Of a stretch of 64,000 nt of DNA, positions 63,644 through 64,000 are shown piece after piece. Below the pieces are notes generated by a model, which had not been told where the DNA came from, did no database searches, and saw nothing but the letters and a program-made list of their open reading frames with translations. Where the stretch lies: assembly GCA_041394025.1 (NCBI GenBank), contig JAWKJA010000002.1:787178-851177 (forward strand), in the 5' to 3' direction. The translations under genes and the position numbers were made by a program. Numbering within the stretch: position 1 is the first letter of the stretch; every line of letters begins with the position of its first letter. Source of the stretch: Acidimicrobiia bacterium. GTDB lineage: Bacteria; Actinomycetota; Acidimicrobiia; IMCC26256; JAOSJL01.

Positions 63644-64000
63644 CTAGGCGGGTGCATCGGAGCCCACGACCCACATGCTGAAGAACTGTGACCCTCCACC
63701 GTAGGCGTGACCGAGGGCGCGGCGCGCACCGTCGACCTGGTAGTCGCCACAGCGCCCGCGAACCTGCTGCGCCGCCTCGCCGAAGCGGATCATCCCCGAC
63801 GCTCCGATGGGGTTCGACGACAGCACGCCTCCCGACGGGTTCCACGGGATGTCACCGTCGGGTGCCGTGGCACCCTCGCGGGTCAGCACCCAGCCCTCAC
63901 CCGGTTCGGCGAACCCGAGGTTCTCGAGCCACATCGGCTCGTACCAGCTGAACGGCACATAGACCTCGGCGCAGTCGAAATCGGCACGGGGGTCGGTGAC
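63644..64000 (-). CDS. Thiolase-like / lipid-transfer (SCP-x-type) protein, C-terminal part (gene runs off the right edge)
   Basis: The frame stays open to position 64000. Hand translation gives VTDPRADFDCAEVYVPFSWYEPMWLENLGFAEPGEG...NPSGGVLSSNPIGASGMIRFGEAAQQVRG, typical of the non-acetoacetyl thiolase (Ltp-type) C-terminal domain. Confidence 0.75.
   Translation of the reverse strand, partial: VTDPRADFDCAEVYVPFSWYEPMWLENLGFAEPGEGWVLTREGATAPDGDIPWNPSGGVLSSNPIGASGMIRFGEAAQQVRGRCGDYQVDGARRALGHAYGGGSQFFSMWVVGSDAPA

Noticed and set aside
1-64000. Search for tRNA, rRNA, tmRNA, IS elements, prophage genes, toxin-antitoxin pairs and known defence-system genes.
   Set aside because: I saw no T-arm-like GGTTCGAATCC-type sequence outside coding frames, no rRNA-like conserved blocks, and no protein with transposase, integrase, Cas, restriction-modification, Abi or toxin signatures. 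This was a by-eye scan only, so tRNAscan-SE, Infernal and a defence-system finder should confirm it.

Overview
Very GC-rich chromosomal segment, with GC3-saturated codons and many stop-free shadow ORFs on both strands. Gene content and order point to Actinomycetota. I could support 59 protein-coding genes, and found no rRNA, tRNA, CRISPR array, transposase, integrase or prophage gene. Left to right: pdxT/pdxS; a DUF3048 lipoprotein; htpX-lemA; the phosphatidylinositol/PIM block pimA, PIM acyltransferase and pgsA, followed by an EF-G paralogue, a small membrane protein, HIT and thrS (gene order broadly as in M. tuberculosis); mshC plus an F420-dependent NADP reductase; dnaE; an AlkP-family phosphodiesterase; an Rrf2 regulator; rluD-like, lspA and a DksA/TraR-type protein; ileS, the only plus-strand gene in that block. 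A complete division/cell-wall (dcw) cluster follows on the minus strand, listed here by ascending coordinate (transcription runs from mraZ at 44.7 kb down to divIVA at 24.9 kb): divIVA, yggT, sepF, yggS, pgeF, ftsZ, ftsQ, murB, murC, murG, ftsW, murD, mraY, murF, murE, ftsI, ftsL, rsmH, mraZ. Beyond it lie an HNH endonuclease with a small upstream ORF, a MoxR-DUF58-transglutaminase triad, DUF3040, dinB, NUDIX, ppm1, ltaE, tesB, pfkA, glpK, plsC, an AlaC-like aminotransferase, a HAD hydrolase, and a small catabolic group (Fe-ADH, Rieske oxygenase, thiolase-like protein running off the right edge). This is mostly an ordinary core-genome region, and I see no convincing new multi-gene system such as a defence island. 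The observations most worth a second look are: (1) a DksA/TraR protein with one zinc-ligand Cys replaced, fused to a 95-residue histone-H1-like KPAxK repeat tail encoded by a 15-bp tandem array; (2) three non-coding elements around mraZ: four GTGG boxes at exact 10-bp spacing over a promoter-like sequence, an 18-bp perfect stem enclosing 77 nt in the mraZ-rsmH spacer, and two near-identical 50-bp direct repeats; (3) a ladder of three 5-codon mini-ORFs made by a 14-nt tandem repeat ahead of pdxT; (4) a strongly coding-like two-TM reading frame with no in-frame stop that continues antisense through ltaE. All calls rest on reading the translations and sequence by eye. No database search, folding or statistics were run.
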